Positions 15,714 through 26,412 of a DNA stretch of 37,840 nucleotides are shown here, one piece after another (positions within the stretch are counted from its first letter, which is position 1; each line of letters begins with the position of its first letter). The notes under the pieces are model-generated. The model was not told the origin of the DNA, did no database searches, and worked only from the letters and a program-made list of their open reading frames with translations. This DNA comes from a virus (taxonomy: Duplodnaviria; Caudoviricetes), in IMG/VR virus record IMGVR_UViG_3300038406_000036, positions 1-37,840 of that record; one strand, written 5' to 3'. A program made the translations under genes and the position numbers.

Positions 15714-16423
15714 CTTGGATTGACCCACTGTCCATTAACTTTTATCCCATAATGTAAATGCGGACCTGTACTAATGCCAGTACTTCCGACGTATCCTATT
15801 AGTTGTCCTCTACGCACTTGTTGTCCTGACTTAACTACATTTTTAGAGTTATGCCCGTAGAAGGTTTGTATACCTCCTCCGGCGCTTAGTAAAATGTTAT
15901 TACCGTAACCACCGCCCCAACCAGAAAATGACACTACTCCATCATGAGTAGCGTATATAGGACTACCCATCGGAGCTGCCATATCTAATCCCTGATGGAA
16001 TGTAGAAGCACCTGCTGTTGGGCGGTTTCTAGGTCCAAATCCAGAAGATATTGAATAATTTTTTAAGGGCGATCCGTAATCTCCTAATTTACCAGTGTTT
16101 GCAAATTGAATTGCTGCTTGCCTAGGAGATGCGTTTCTACTAGCAGACTCAGCCGCTGCCTTAATCGCTGCTTGCATTTTAGCTAACTCAGCTTGTCTAT
16201 TTTTTTCTACCTGATTAGCAACTCTTTGTTGCATTACATTAGTACCGGCTGAACTTATGTCTCTAAGAGTTCCTATATCTTTATAATACGCACTAGGATC
16301 AAAAGGCTGTCTATCGATCTGAAATGCCATAGGATCTCGTCGTACTTTAAGCTGTCTATTAGCACCACTATAGCGTTGCATTAGCTCTTGTATCCACATA
16401 GGCGCTTGAGTAGGTTGCGTCAT
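15710..16423 (-). CDS. M23 family peptidase (probably virion-associated)
   Basis: ISSGFGPR, HQGLD (HxxxD), YGH, VGSTGISTGPHLHY (HxH). Confidence 0.93.
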   Translation of the reverse strand: MTQPTQAPMWIQELMQRYSGANRQLKVRRDPMAFQIDRQPFDPSAYYKDIGTLRDISSAGTNVMQQRVANQVEKNRQAELAKMQAAIKAAAESASRNASPRQAAIQFANTGKLGDYGSPLKNYSISSGFGPRNRPTAGASTFHQGLDMAAPMGSPIYATHDGVVSFSGWGGGYGNNILLSAGGGIQTFYGHNSKNVVKSGQQVRRGQLIGYVGSTGISTGPHLHYGIKVNGQWVNPR

Positions 16424-19400
16424 TTCAAACGCTCTCTTTCCTCTTTACCCATGCGCTGCAATAGCTCTCTAATTTCGAATTGCGCTTGTCCTTTGTACGG
16501 ACCAGTGCCTGTGATCAATCCACCAGAAACTAGCCAGTTAGTTAGTTGTTCTGGATGGTAAGGTTCATCAGGTCTAGTCTGTCCAGTTATTCTAGCGCCT
16601 ATTCCTACTGGTGGAACTTGCTGTAATAGATGTCCCGCAACTCCACCTTCTACTTCTTCTAACGGAATATCGAGAGCAGTACGTCCTGTTAGAAGTTCAA
16701 TAGGAATTCTAGCAGCAGGAGTAAGACCCGATAATAAGGACTGTTTAGGTTTACCTATCTGTGTTAACTGATCTATTAATGGATTAGTAGGGTTAATAAT
16801 GACATAGCCTGGAGCATCTCCTCTCCAAGTTTGCTGTCTTCCTATGCCAGCTAATGGATGGTCTGGAGGGATTACTGGTCCTACGCCTTTTTCTTTAATC
16901 CAGTCTGGAAACATCTGGTCTACAGGGAAAGGATTACCTGGTCCTTCTGATTCTATGCCTGTTAGAGTTTGAAGATTAGACATAGCTTTAGGGAAAGCTA
17001 AACTAATGTGTGGACGCATCACTGCGCCTTCTAATACAAGAGGAGTAGCTTTCCTAAGCCATGAATAGAATGGAATGATTCTACGCATAACTGATTGTTC
17101 AAATCCTGTTAAGTCTGAGCCATCTGGATGAAATTTTTTAACTCGACGTCCCGCTATTTCTATAGCTTCCTTTAGAGTTTTAGATCTACTTTTACCTAGT
17201 ACATCTATAAAATGCGCTAAACGAACAAAGTGATCTCTTAATTCTGATGCCTTAGCGGCCGTCTGATGCACTCTTCCGCCAAAAGGTGCAAATTTCTGTC
17301 CAAAAGTTCCAAAGGCTGCTTCTCCACCTAATAAATCCTCTAGTGTAGCTGCGCGTAATAGGAATCCTTGATTCTCTGCTGCTTGGTATACCTGCTCTGT
17401 AGTCATTTTTAAACCAGATCTGGTAGTCACTAAAACTTTACCTGGTCTAGCTCTCAGAGCAGCGTCCCTTAAAGCAGGATCCATTATATTAAGAACATTC
17501 TCTATATCTTTGTATCGACTATTGAATGCATGTAGTACCTCTAGCGACTTCTTGTATGGAGTTGTTGTTATAACACCATCTAGAGTAGATAAGAAAATAT
17601 CACCATTAAGGTTTCTTATATGATGGGATGGAGAATATATAGTGACACCAGTTTTCCACATTCTTTGTACTTTATCAAATATCTGTAAGGCCGGACCGCC
17701 GTAGTGGAATTTGTCTGTTTCTAATTGTTTCCAAACAGCGTTCAATTGATCTGCTATCTGCTTAGGGAAGTAGAATCCCTGTAGCCTATCTATACTCACA
17801 GGGTGTCTAAATTCACCTGTTTTAGTAGGCAATCCCCATCGTGCAGCCGCATCATCTAACATAGCTACTTTACGTGTAGCAAGTTGTAAACTTCTAGTTA
17901 ATTGGTATATGGCTTCCGAAGGATCTTTAACATTCCATTCTTTCCATGAGTGCATCCAGTTTTCTTCTGTGTAATCAAATGCTCTACCTAATTTATCAGC
18001 ACCTTTAGTATCAAGGAATCTAAGATTTCCTGGAAGTTCTTTATTAATTTCTTTTAGAGTTATGCCACCCCTAACTAAAACAGATTCAGCTAGAGCTTTA
18101 GTATTAGATAATCCATGTGCACCTATCAAACGTTCAACTAAATACTGAAATTGTTGTGCCAACGCTGCTTCCGACGGAGTACCTGCTGATATGTGCCCCT
18201 GCGCTATACGCCACGCTGAGAGCCTCTGAGAGGCTGTCGTACCTCGGACGATAGGCGTCATGGATCGCTCAAAGGCCGCTGCTATATTCCTAGCTGTATC
18301 TATGTATTCTCTAGCGAACGGACGTAAGTCTTTAGCATTCCACCAAGTAGCAAATCTCAGCATTATTGCTTCAACAACTCTATTTTGTGGTATATCTTTT
18401 CCTAAAACCCTAGGATTAGCTCTAAGCGCATCATACACATAGCCGTTTATACGATGTGTCATTTGGGAGTTGTATTTCCCAGTTACAGTTCGACGTAGTA
18501 AATTGCGAGCTTCTTTCATCACATCATCATATAGAGCATCGCGATGTGGATTGAAGAAGTCTTTCATAAATTCGCGTGCAGACTTAGCTTCTATAGAAGA
18601 GGCTCCTGCTTCTTTAGCTATCTGTTCTAACGCACGAGATAGATCACTACCCAGCTGGATTGTTCTAGAAGGAGGAGCACCCGACGCTAATGTATCTTTA
18701 GCAGCTTGACTGGCAGTTTTGAATAAAGGATCTAACAATTGTTGTGCTATAACATTCTCATTTCCTGCTTTTAGATCTTCAACAACTTGGGATGGTTTAG
18801 CTTTCCTAAAGTCATCCACTAATTTAGTTCTCAGCGCCCTAGAGCCACCCGCTAAATTAGCCACGTCACTCAATCTAACAGAGTAGCCTTCTGAATCAAC
18901 TAATCGTTTTCCAGTTTTGAGTATAGCTTCTTCGGCAGTTCTTAACATATGAAATATTACAGAGGGCTTATCAGTAAGAGATATTCCTTTTTGTTTATTA
19001 GCCCATGTAACAATTCTATTGTAGAGGTTAGTTTGTCCTACATGATTAATCTCATCGAATTTACTAGCACCTGCAAAAGAGTTACCAATATTAGTAGCAG
19101 TAACAGTTCTAGATTCTGTCAAAGAACTCTTAGGAAATTTAGGAGGATAACGTGCTGATTGGATTAAATTAGCGGGAGTCACACCTTCTCTTAGTTTTTC
19201 TATTTGTTTGTTGATCATATTCTTTAATACGGGACTTTTATTTGAAGCAGCTTGAGCTTTCAAAAATGTAATAGCAGTAAGAGCATCTGGATCATCCGGC
19301 ATACTACTCAATTGTTTTTTAGTCAATTTACGCCAATTTATGCCCTGTCCAGAAACTTCTTCTATAAGATCTCTCATAGAATTAGCCCTAGCTACAGGGG

Positions 19401-20253
19401 CAGCTATAGTATCAGCTGTATCTACAACTGCCATAGAGGGCATGTGCTCTGGAAGTGTAGTTATCTCATCTATATGTGAACTAGCTGTAATAGCAGGTCT
19501 AGACAAATCAGGAGCTTGTCCTTTGTACACATTAACAGGAGCTGGTCCTGCTTGAAAAAGTCTAGCAGGTTCTTGCAACTGACCTTTAGAAGGAATAGTG
19601 GGCAATGGAGCTACACTAGAAGGAATGCCAGGAGGTTGTTGAGAAGCAGTTTGTGCTGCTCTCCGAGCGATATCCTCTGTCAAACTTCTGGCAGTTACAT
19701 CTCCTGCTTCTTCTACCCCACGTAATGCTTGCACACTACGAGTAGCTCCTCTTCCTATATTGCCAGCTATTCCTAATCCAACATAAGTCAAAGGATCTGC
19801 TGCTACATCTAATCCAAACCCTAAGCCTGCTTGAACTGGTTTTGGTATATCAGTATCAAACACATCAGAGTATTCTCTAACTACATCGGAACCTAGTGTT
19901 TTATCTTTACCAGAAACACCTCTATAGAATGCTTTAGCAGTTTCTACAGGAGCTTCTGCTATTCCTTCTAACAGAGTTCTATTATCTAGATTTCTTCTGT
20001 GTCCTTGTTCGAGCGCAGTTTTAGCCATATTCTGTACACCGTATAATGGACGAGAAGCTATATCTAGAATTCTATTAACAAACGAAGGTCCTCTAATGTC
20101 TTCGGTAGTCGGCACAGAGCCTTGAGCTTGAACATATGGAGAGAGTACAGCATTAGCAATTAGTGTATTTTGATTGAAAGAAGGCAAAGGTCCAGAGCCT
20201 GCTTGCTGACGAATAATTTCAGCAAGCAGAGCTCTGAGATCTTTCGTAGCCAT
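16420..20253 (-). CDS. large internal virion/DNA ejection protein
   Basis: 1277 aa, helical, GFGLDVAADPLTY and IPFYSWLRK motifs; position after nozzle. Confidence 0.7.
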   Translation of the reverse strand: MATKDLRALLAEIIRQQAGSGPLPSFNQNTLIANAVLSPYVQAQGSVPTTEDIRGPSFVNRILDIASRPLYGVQNMAKTALEQGHRRNLDNRTLLEGIAEAPVETAKAFYRGVSGKDKTLGSDVVREYSDVFDTDIPKPVQAGLGFGLDVAADPLTYVGLGIAGNIGRGATRSVQALRGVEEAGDVTARSLTEDIARRAAQTASQQPPGIPSSVAPLPTIPSKGQLQEPARLFQAGPAPVNVYKGQAPDLSRPAITASSHIDEITTLPEHMPSMAVVDTADTIAAPVARANSMRDLIEEVSGQGINWRKLTKKQLSSMPDDPDALTAITFLKAQAASNKSPVLKNMINKQIEKLREGVTPANLIQSARYPPKFPKSSLTESRTVTATNIGNSFAGASKFDEINHVGQTNLYNRIVTWANKQKGISLTDKPSVIFHMLRTAEEAILKTGKRLVDSEGYSVRLSDVANLAGGSRALRTKLVDDFRKAKPSQVVEDLKAGNENVIAQQLLDPLFKTASQAAKDTLASGAPPSRTIQLGSDLSRALEQIAKEAGASSIEAKSAREFMKDFFNPHRDALYDDVMKEARNLLRRTVTGKYNSQMTHRINGYVYDALRANPRVLGKDIPQNRVVEAIMLRFATWWNAKDLRPFAREYIDTARNIAAAFERSMTPIVRGTTASQRLSAWRIAQGHISAGTPSEAALAQQFQYLVERLIGAHGLSNTKALAESVLVRGGITLKEINKELPGNLRFLDTKGADKLGRAFDYTEENWMHSWKEWNVKDPSEAIYQLTRSLQLATRKVAMLDDAAARWGLPTKTGEFRHPVSIDRLQGFYFPKQIADQLNAVWKQLETDKFHYGGPALQIFDKVQRMWKTGVTIYSPSHHIRNLNGDIFLSTLDGVITTTPYKKSLEVLHAFNSRYKDIENVLNIMDPALRDAALRARPGKVLVTTRSGLKMTTEQVYQAAENQGFLLRAATLEDLLGGEAAFGTFGQKFAPFGGRVHQTAAKASELRDHFVRLAHFIDVLGKSRSKTLKEAIEIAGRRVKKFHPDGSDLTGFEQSVMRRIIPFYSWLRKATPLVLEGAVMRPHISLAFPKAMSNLQTLTGIESEGPGNPFPVDQMFPDWIKEKGVGPVIPPDHPLAGIGRQQTWRGDAPGYVIINPTNPLIDQLTQIGKPKQSLLSGLTPAARIPIELLTGRTALDIPLEEVEGGVAGHLLQQVPPVGIGARITGQTRPDEPYHPEQLTNWLVSGGLITGTGPYKGQAQFEIRELLQRMGKEERERLK

Positions 20254-21461
20254 TAGGCATCCCGTAAACGAAGATACATGATGAGAGCTTGTCTAGAAGC
20301 ATCCGATATTTGTCCTTTAGCATACATATCATCTACTTGATTAAGCCACCACTCCGCTGTTAGAGGCACAAAAGTACCAGGGACTGGAGAACCTGTAAGT
20401 TCTTGTCTCCCTGTAATAGCCGATTGACTTCTCTCTAATGAACGAAGTGCAGCGCCAGCTTCTGCTTGAATTTGCGGATGCAAAGACGCCATAAATGAAT
20501 CAGGAGTGAGTTCTTGTTGTTCTCCACCTTGCAACTGCTGCTGCAGTATGTCAAATAGCATACCTTGTTGTTGTGATGCTTGCTGTTGTGCTGCTCCTTG
20601 TGCACTGCTGTATGCCTGACTAAATGCTTGATTAATTCCAGCAGAGCGTTCGGCTTCTGTAGCTGATACATAGTCTTGTAGTTGTTGCAGTAAATCACTA
20701 GAACGATTAGCACCTGTAAGAGTAGCTAGAGGAGATCCTTTTCTATAGTACGTCTCATCTATATCCGCTATATCCATGTATCGTTGTTCGTTAATAGCAC
20801 CTAATTCATCTGCTCTTGACATAGATTTAGCAGCTTGTTCACCTAACGGATTCAGCACATCTGGGGCTGCAGATTCAATTCCTAATTTAGCATACAAATC
20901 AGCCTCTTGACCTGCTATTTTAGTGTAATTACCTTCAACAGTAGTCTTCAGTTCATTGTATAGCTGTCCAACATCTTCTTGAGCTTCTTGTGCTTGGGCT
21001 GCTTGTTCTGGAGCTAGCCTCTCGTAATCTTTTGCGAGAGCAGAATACATGCTGGTTATATCTTGCTTCCCTCTACCTGCTGTTTTTTCTGCTTGTGCTA
21101 TGCGTTCATCAAATATAGGATCTAGCTGCGCTCGTATATCTCTCATAATAGCATCTCTATCAACAGAAATAGGACCTGTCAACATACCTAATAACTGATC
21201 GTATAAAGATCCTAGTCCACTGACTCCTGCACCTGGATTGGCTTCACTCAATCCTGTTAATGAAGGCTGATTGGTTTTTCTAGCATATGGAATTTGAGGA
21301 TTTAATCTATCATCTAATTTTCCACGAAGAGAATCTATACCACTACGAATTCTAGGAAGTACATTAAAGTGCTCTTTATCAAATTCATTAATTCTACCAG
21401 CACCTTCACGTGCCAATCTAATTAATTCTAGTGTTCTTTGAATATCATTTAATATAGGCAT
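20253..21461 (-). CDS. internal virion/ejection protein
   Basis: A/Q-rich coiled coil, position in podovirus late operon. Confidence 0.6.
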   Translation of the reverse strand: MPILNDIQRTLELIRLAREGAGRINEFDKEHFNVLPRIRSGIDSLRGKLDDRLNPQIPYARKTNQPSLTGLSEANPGAGVSGLGSLYDQLLGMLTGPISVDRDAIMRDIRAQLDPIFDERIAQAEKTAGRGKQDITSMYSALAKDYERLAPEQAAQAQEAQEDVGQLYNELKTTVEGNYTKIAGQEADLYAKLGIESAAPDVLNPLGEQAAKSMSRADELGAINEQRYMDIADIDETYYRKGSPLATLTGANRSSDLLQQLQDYVSATEAERSAGINQAFSQAYSSAQGAAQQQASQQQGMLFDILQQQLQGGEQQELTPDSFMASLHPQIQAEAGAALRSLERSQSAITGRQELTGSPVPGTFVPLTAEWWLNQVDDMYAKGQISDASRQALIMYLRLRDA

Positions 21462-21462
21462 A

Positions 21463-22113
21463 TTAGACTCCTATATTGTACTGCTGTACCCTACGTTGCA
21501 AAGCTTGCTGTTTAGATAATTCTTGAGCCAATTCATTCTGACGCCTAAATCCAGTCTCTTCAGCTAAAATATCTGCTAAGAGCTGTTCGTACGCTTGCTG
21601 AAACTGAGTCTGCTGTGCAGTGAAATCTTGCAGAAAATCGCCGCGCTCTTCTGCGAATAATCCAGAGTGAATTAATCCTCTAGAAGCAAACTCGTTTTTC
21701 ATTTCTTCCAACTGCCGATCTCTATCCAAACCTAGCTGCTCTTGAGTTTGTTCAAATTGTACACCCGATTCACCACGTCTACGCCCTGTGTCGCTCAGAA
21801 AGTCTCTTAGAGTTCTTTCTCCTCCGCGTAGGGACTGTTGATATATATCATCTCCAGCCAAAAATGTGCCTATTGAAGGTATGGGCTTTGGCTTTGGAGC
21901 TGGCGGCGCCTTACGAGACACAGGTCTAGGTGAAGCTGGAGGGGAACTAGAAACAACAGGAGGACTTATTCTTCCAGAGGGTGCGCTGTACTGCCTAGGA
22001 GCAGATGCTCTAGGAGTTGGTGAACTTTTGCGCTTAGTAGATTTCTTACTACCGACATTTCTGATGGGAGTACTACTGCGACCACTACCCCCTGTATCTA
22101 TTAAGCTAGCCAT
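21463..22113 (-). CDS. internal virion protein
   Basis: S/P/K-rich N-terminus, coiled coil with ASRGLIHSG motif. Confidence 0.6.
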   Translation of the reverse strand: MASLIDTGGSGRSSTPIRNVGSKKSTKRKSSPTPRASAPRQYSAPSGRISPPVVSSSPPASPRPVSRKAPPAPKPKPIPSIGTFLAGDDIYQQSLRGGERTLRDFLSDTGRRRGESGVQFEQTQEQLGLDRDRQLEEMKNEFASRGLIHSGLFAEERGDFLQDFTAQQTQFQQAYEQLLADILAEETGFRRQNELAQELSKQQALQRRVQQYNIGV

Positions 22114-22326
22114 TTATATCTTCCTGCCTATATCTGGACTCATGTAGTTACCCTTTTGTTTTGCCTTTAATCTTCTTAACAAAGCAGCACGCCTTGCAGC
22201 ATGTTTTAAATCTCTCTCCCTATAACCCATTTTATCTGACGGGCCTAGGTTAGGAAAAGATCGTCCTCCACCGTATATTTTGTTACCTACGGCGTAAGGT
22301 TGATGTTGTTTTCCATAAGTAAGCAT
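22114..22326 (-). CDS. small basic virion protein
   Basis: 70 aa, YAVGNKIYGGGR and AARRAALLRRL. Confidence 0.6.
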   Translation of the reverse strand: MLTYGKQHQPYAVGNKIYGGGRSFPNLGPSDKMGYRERDLKHAARRAALLRRLKAKQKGNYMSPDIGRKI

Positions 22327-23900
22327 TAGGAAGTACCTGCCGAAACTAGTTGTTTCGTCTTTATTAGTGCGACAAATGATAACAATTTAGTAGGTTGTAA
22401 ATTGGATCCGTCAGTCTCCATCATAATGGAGAAATTAACTTTTCTAAAGCGTAAGCTTTTTAGGAATTTTACAAACTTATTAGTATTAAATATTGTATCT
22501 GCTTCGATAGAAGTAGGAGTTGACACAGCGCCTAGTAGAGGTATCTCCCATGTATTTAAATCGTTCCAAGTCAAATCACCTAAAGATAACCAAGAAGGAG
22601 AAAATTGTATAGTAATAGGTTGCACAGAACCTACAATATCATTACCTGTTACTACATCTGCACCCCACCAAAATAGCCTCTTATATCGGATAGGATCTGC
22701 CATGTCATATGTTTTAGTTGTAGCAATGCAATGCATTGTGCTAGTACCAAAACCCTCTACGTCATCATCTGTAGATTTATCTGGTATTCTTATTTGTTTG
22801 TAGCCTAATCCAGCAGAAACAGAAAATGAATATCCTGTATAGTAAAAATCAAGCGCAAGTCCTGAATCATCATGTATAACCTTGACCAAAGGACCAAATA
22901 TGTGCCATTCTACGTCTTCAAGAATATCTGTTTTTCGCCATTCTGACCATGTCTTGGTTCGTAAACCATAAACATATGTTCTATTGAAAAACCGTACGAC
23001 TAAGCGATCACCTAGTAGAGATATGTGCTGATCCTCATGTCTAGTAGTAGTACCTGTTGGCATAGAAGAGTCAAGTTCAAAAGGTATTTTGAGATTTATT
23101 ATTTGAAAATTAAAGTTAACTATTTCATATACTTTACTGTGATGCATACAATACACTGTATTTTCATACTGCACAACGCCAAAACTATCTCTTGATCCTA
23201 CTACAGTGTTAATTTCTCTTAGCACTGCATCTGTAGGATTAAGGTCATATGCTAATACGAAAGTACTTTCACTCTTAAATAAGAGCAAGTTGTCCTGATA
23301 CACAATTAAATTATTTAAAGTGGTTCCATCACCATCGTTAACATCAATAAAATTTGTACCTGGCCATGTAGTAAAATCTGCTGCGTCTGAGAAATGCAAC
23401 CTAGATTCATTAGCGACACCTATACTACCAGGACAAATGTACAACCTATTCTTATGAACAACACAGGCACTGCCATTAGGCATAGCTGCAACTTCAACTA
23501 CAGAACTGGGTGTCCATGCTATTCCTTCTAATCCTGGAGTAATTGAAGGCAACCATACTGTGTCCTGATAAACTACCATACTAATACATTCACGAGCTGT
23601 AGAAGCTGGCAGTAATTCATCCCATGTCACACCTAAATCGTCGCTAACAAAAGTTTTACCCGGTTGACTTGCAAATAAATACACAGTACCACTGAACGTA
23701 GCTGTTCCGAATATCAGTAGACGTGAATCTGTAGCGCCTTCTTCTACAACTGAAATGGGTGGTCTATTAGTCAAAGAGCCATCAAGATCTAATTCCATAT
23801 TTAATGATTCAGTTAATTCATTATCATCTATTATAGTAGGGTCCGAAGCGGTGTTCAGGCCCCCTACAAATGGACCTAATTTAAGGGCTTCTGCTGGCAT
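22326..23900 (-). CDS. tail nozzle/DNA stabilisation protein (P22 gp10/T7 gp12-like)
   Basis: FVGGLN...N.....G.L..R N-terminus; beta-propeller motifs HKNRLY, LHFSD and LLLFK. Confidence 0.75.
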   Translation of the reverse strand: MPAEALKLGPFVGGLNTASDPTIIDDNELTESLNMELDLDGSLTNRPPISVVEEGATDSRLLIFGTATFSGTVYLFASQPGKTFVSDDLGVTWDELLPASTARECISMVVYQDTVWLPSITPGLEGIAWTPSSVVEVAAMPNGSACVVHKNRLYICPGSIGVANESRLHFSDAADFTTWPGTNFIDVNDGDGTTLNNLIVYQDNLLLFKSESTFVLAYDLNPTDAVLREINTVVGSRDSFGVVQYENTVYCMHHSKVYEIVNFNFQIINLKIPFELDSSMPTGTTTRHEDQHISLLGDRLVVRFFNRTYVYGLRTKTWSEWRKTDILEDVEWHIFGPLVKVIHDDSGLALDFYYTGYSFSVSAGLGYKQIRIPDKSTDDDVEGFGTSTMHCIATTKTYDMADPIRYKRLFWWGADVVTGNDIVGSVQPITIQFSPSWLSLGDLTWNDLNTWEIPLLGAVSTPTSIEADTIFNTNKFVKFLKSLRFRKVNFSIMMETDGSNLQPTKLLSFVALIKTKQLVSAGTS

Positions 23901-23906
23901 GGTAAC

Positions 23907-24563
23907 CTACCAAGCATCATCTTCACACACAGTAATTCTTGGATAAGTCTCCTCTACTCCTGCCTGATCTCTATTGCTTAATAATCTTACTTTATCATCA
24001 AATATAGCTTTATGAAATGCACTAGCCTCTAACTCTTCATCCATAGTAGTGGCTCTCTGCATACAATAATCAATTATAGCTGTATGGTATATGTCAGGAA
24101 CAGAAAGTAAGGTGCTCACATCTGTAATTGGTAAAGGCATTTTAGAATACAGTATTTTCAATCCATCTGTTATGTCAACCTGAGGTTCTGGAAAAACAAA
24201 TATTTTACGACCATAGGCTGTATAGATGGCTGGAACGCCCTGAAATTCAGAACCGTCCCAGCCATCTACCATAGTATCAAAATTATGCAAACTATAGAAT
24301 TTAAGATGACTATAACTAACAGCATCTACTGAAATTTTGGCTCGTACTGTGCGTAGCAGCAGTAAATCCGATGGAAAAAGATATTCTTTAATACCAGTTA
24401 CTATATTATCTAGAGCTATTTCTTCCAATAGATTATCGTTGTGCAGCACGATATCTTTTTGCGCATTATCTATATAGGAAAATATATCTGTCTCAGTTAG
24501 TTGAACAGCCGATTCGTCACCAAAAGATCTTTTAACCTGCGCAAGAATATCCGCTACGTTCAT
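23907..24563 (-). CDS. head-tail adaptor protein
   Basis: YIDNAQ, EYLFPSD, VFPEP and VPDIYHTAIIDY motifs; position before nozzle. Confidence 0.72.
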   Translation of the reverse strand: MNVADILAQVKRSFGDESAVQLTETDIFSYIDNAQKDIVLHNDNLLEEIALDNIVTGIKEYLFPSDLLLLRTVRAKISVDAVSYSHLKFYSLHNFDTMVDGWDGSEFQGVPAIYTAYGRKIFVFPEPQVDITDGLKILYSKMPLPITDVSTLLSVPDIYHTAIIDYCMQRATTMDEELEASAFHKAIFDDKVRLLSNRDQAGVEETYPRITVCEDDAW

Positions 24564-24994
24564 ACGATCTCCCTAAACTCTGAGTCATATTTTTTACCAT
24601 TATGTTTCCAATAATTTTTCTCATTACCTAATGCAAATTCGCTAAATTCTCTGGCCTCGGACATCTGATCTATTTGTTCCTTCATTCTCATTAGATCTAT
24701 AGCTTGATTATGAGCTAACATTCGTTGTAAAACATCTCCGTGCTTATTATCTGAATTTATCAACTTTTCTAAAATTGATACAGGAGTGTCAGTATGCGAA
24801 GCATACATAACTATACTGTTAATACGAGTATCAAAGATGCAGTACGGGTTAGCTTTATCATGTACAGAAGTACGCATATGCTCAGGTATCCATCTAAATT
24901 CTAAATTCGGATTGTAGTCTCGTACTAATTCAGCTAACCTATCAAATTCTTCACTTATCCAACGATCTACTACAGGAGGCACAGGAGTTGTCAT
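24560..24994 (-). CDS. hypothetical virion-module protein
   Basis: 144 aa, ATGA overlaps on both sides. Confidence 0.65.
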   Translation of the reverse strand: MTTPVPPVVDRWISEEFDRLAELVRDYNPNLEFRWIPEHMRTSVHDKANPYCIFDTRINSIVMYASHTDTPVSILEKLINSDNKHGDVLQRMLAHNQAIDLMRMKEQIDQMSEAREFSEFALGNEKNYWKHNGKKYDSEFREIV

Positions 24995-25197
24995 GTAAGT
25001 ATTCCTAACAATCTGTTAGTTTCACCGGCCGCAAAATAGAGATCTTGTAGAGTTTGTCCCTCGTATTCTACTTCTAATTTAGTTAATAATCTCAACTGTT
25101 CTTTGTCAGCTAAGCTGCCTGTCACAAAACCCTGACTAGCGAGCCCAGCGTATATCTGATCGGCTAAAGTGCCGTTCCCCAATAAGATGGGCTCCAT
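24991..25197 (-). CDS. small hypothetical protein downstream of capsid
   Basis: GAGG RBS; internal GTLAD/GSLAD repeat. Confidence 0.6.
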   Translation of the reverse strand: MEPILLGNGTLADQIYAGLASQGFVTGSLADKEQLRLLTKLEVEYEGQTLQDLYFAAGETNRLLGILT

Positions 25198-25201
25198 AAA
25201 A

Positions 25202-26407
25202 TCAGACCTCAGTTATCGCAGTCAGTACACCATGAGCATTACGACGATGGGTACCAAGTTCGCAATACTTATAGTAGTCAGCCCCGTAGGCATCGTAACG
25301 ACCGTTAGCATCAGTAAACCGATACCAACGAGAACCATCACGATTCATAAAGCCCCAATCGCCAGCCTGATAAAGCTTTAGTTCGTTCTCAGCCATAAAG
25401 TACAGTCGGCTAGGCTGGCAATCATAGTCAGCAACAATAGGAATATCTTTTCCATCAACTGTGAATGCTAAACCTTTGTAACCACCAGCAAACTCTATAG
25501 TATTGACAATCTGACGAATACTAGAAAGCAAAGCAAAGTAAGCCCGCTGCACTCCCATTGAACAAAATCCTACTGTAGGCTCTCCACCACGCTCGCGTAT
25601 ACGGTGAACCATGGCAATCATACGAGCCTCAGTTAACGCGCCAGCAGTAGTATCAACATTACCTGTCCAAGTAGGATGAGTTATGTTGAACAGTGCTCCA
25701 GTACCGTCTCCATTAGGACCTATAACTATGTCTGCAAACCCAGTTTTCTCTTTACCACGGTTACCATTACGAGACATTGTCCAACCAGTTAGTGTTGCAG
25801 TCACTGCAGGGTCAAGAGTTATAGTAAAGGGACCAGGAGGAGCAGATATGTCAGTTATTCGTACGTTAGCATCCTGTAGCACGCCAGCACCGTTGTATAT
25901 ATCAACAAACATATCTATCTCAAGATACTGCTTGTTAGTAGTGATGAAAGTTGTAACAGTGCCGTTAGCTGTAGCTGTCGCAAGAATTCCAGCAGTAGTG
26001 CCGTAAACCTGACGGTTCGTATCTTTCTTAAGACCTTCCCTCATTCCATTAAGTTCTAAATCAATAGCACTTGCGAAAGCCTGAGGGTTAGTACTAGCTA
26101 ATTCAAAAGTCTGTCCAGTCATTAACACAGGACCATACAGATATTTCAAGTTAACTCTAGCCGCCCTGTATCCCTGAGTACGGGGAGTCGGAAGCGGTTC
26201 CATTTCTCCACGAGCACCCATGCCATGGTTCCTAGAAACTCGCACAGGCCAAGTAGTATATTTACCGCCAACAGCGTCTTGCGTAACACCTTCACTAGTG
26301 CGCTCTACACGCATAATAGTTATGATAGTGGATTGGAGCTGATCACGTAACTTTTTTTCGTAAACCTCTTTAAGAATGTTATCCACCGTAGTCATGGTAG
26401 TAGTCAT
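25202..26407 (-). CDS. major capsid protein
   Basis: 401 aa, ILKEVY..LRDQL, E.EPLP, IPIVADYDC and RRNAHGVL; follows scaffold. Confidence 0.88.
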   Translation of the reverse strand: MTTTMTTVDNILKEVYEKKLRDQLQSTIITIMRVERTSEGVTQDAVGGKYTTWPVRVSRNHGMGARGEMEPLPTPRTQGYRAARVNLKYLYGPVLMTGQTFELASTNPQAFASAIDLELNGMREGLKKDTNRQVYGTTAGILATATANGTVTTFITTNKQYLEIDMFVDIYNGAGVLQDANVRITDISAPPGPFTITLDPAVTATLTGWTMSRNGNRGKEKTGFADIVIGPNGDGTGALFNITHPTWTGNVDTTAGALTEARMIAMVHRIRERGGEPTVGFCSMGVQRAYFALLSSIRQIVNTIEFAGGYKGLAFTVDGKDIPIVADYDCQPSRLYFMAENELKLYQAGDWGFMNRDGSRWYRFTDANGRYDAYGADYYKYCELGTHRRNAHGVLTAITEV

Positions 26408-26412
26408 AAAAA

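Noticed and set aside
16420-20253. Tape measure protein or virion RNA polymerase
   Set aside because: No tail tube or chaperone genes, no periodic aromatic repeats and no RNAP catalytic motifs seen; context fits an ejection protein
25169-25230. Capsid C-terminal frameshift extension
   Set aside because: No slippery heptamer before the MCP stop; the downstream gene has its own RBS
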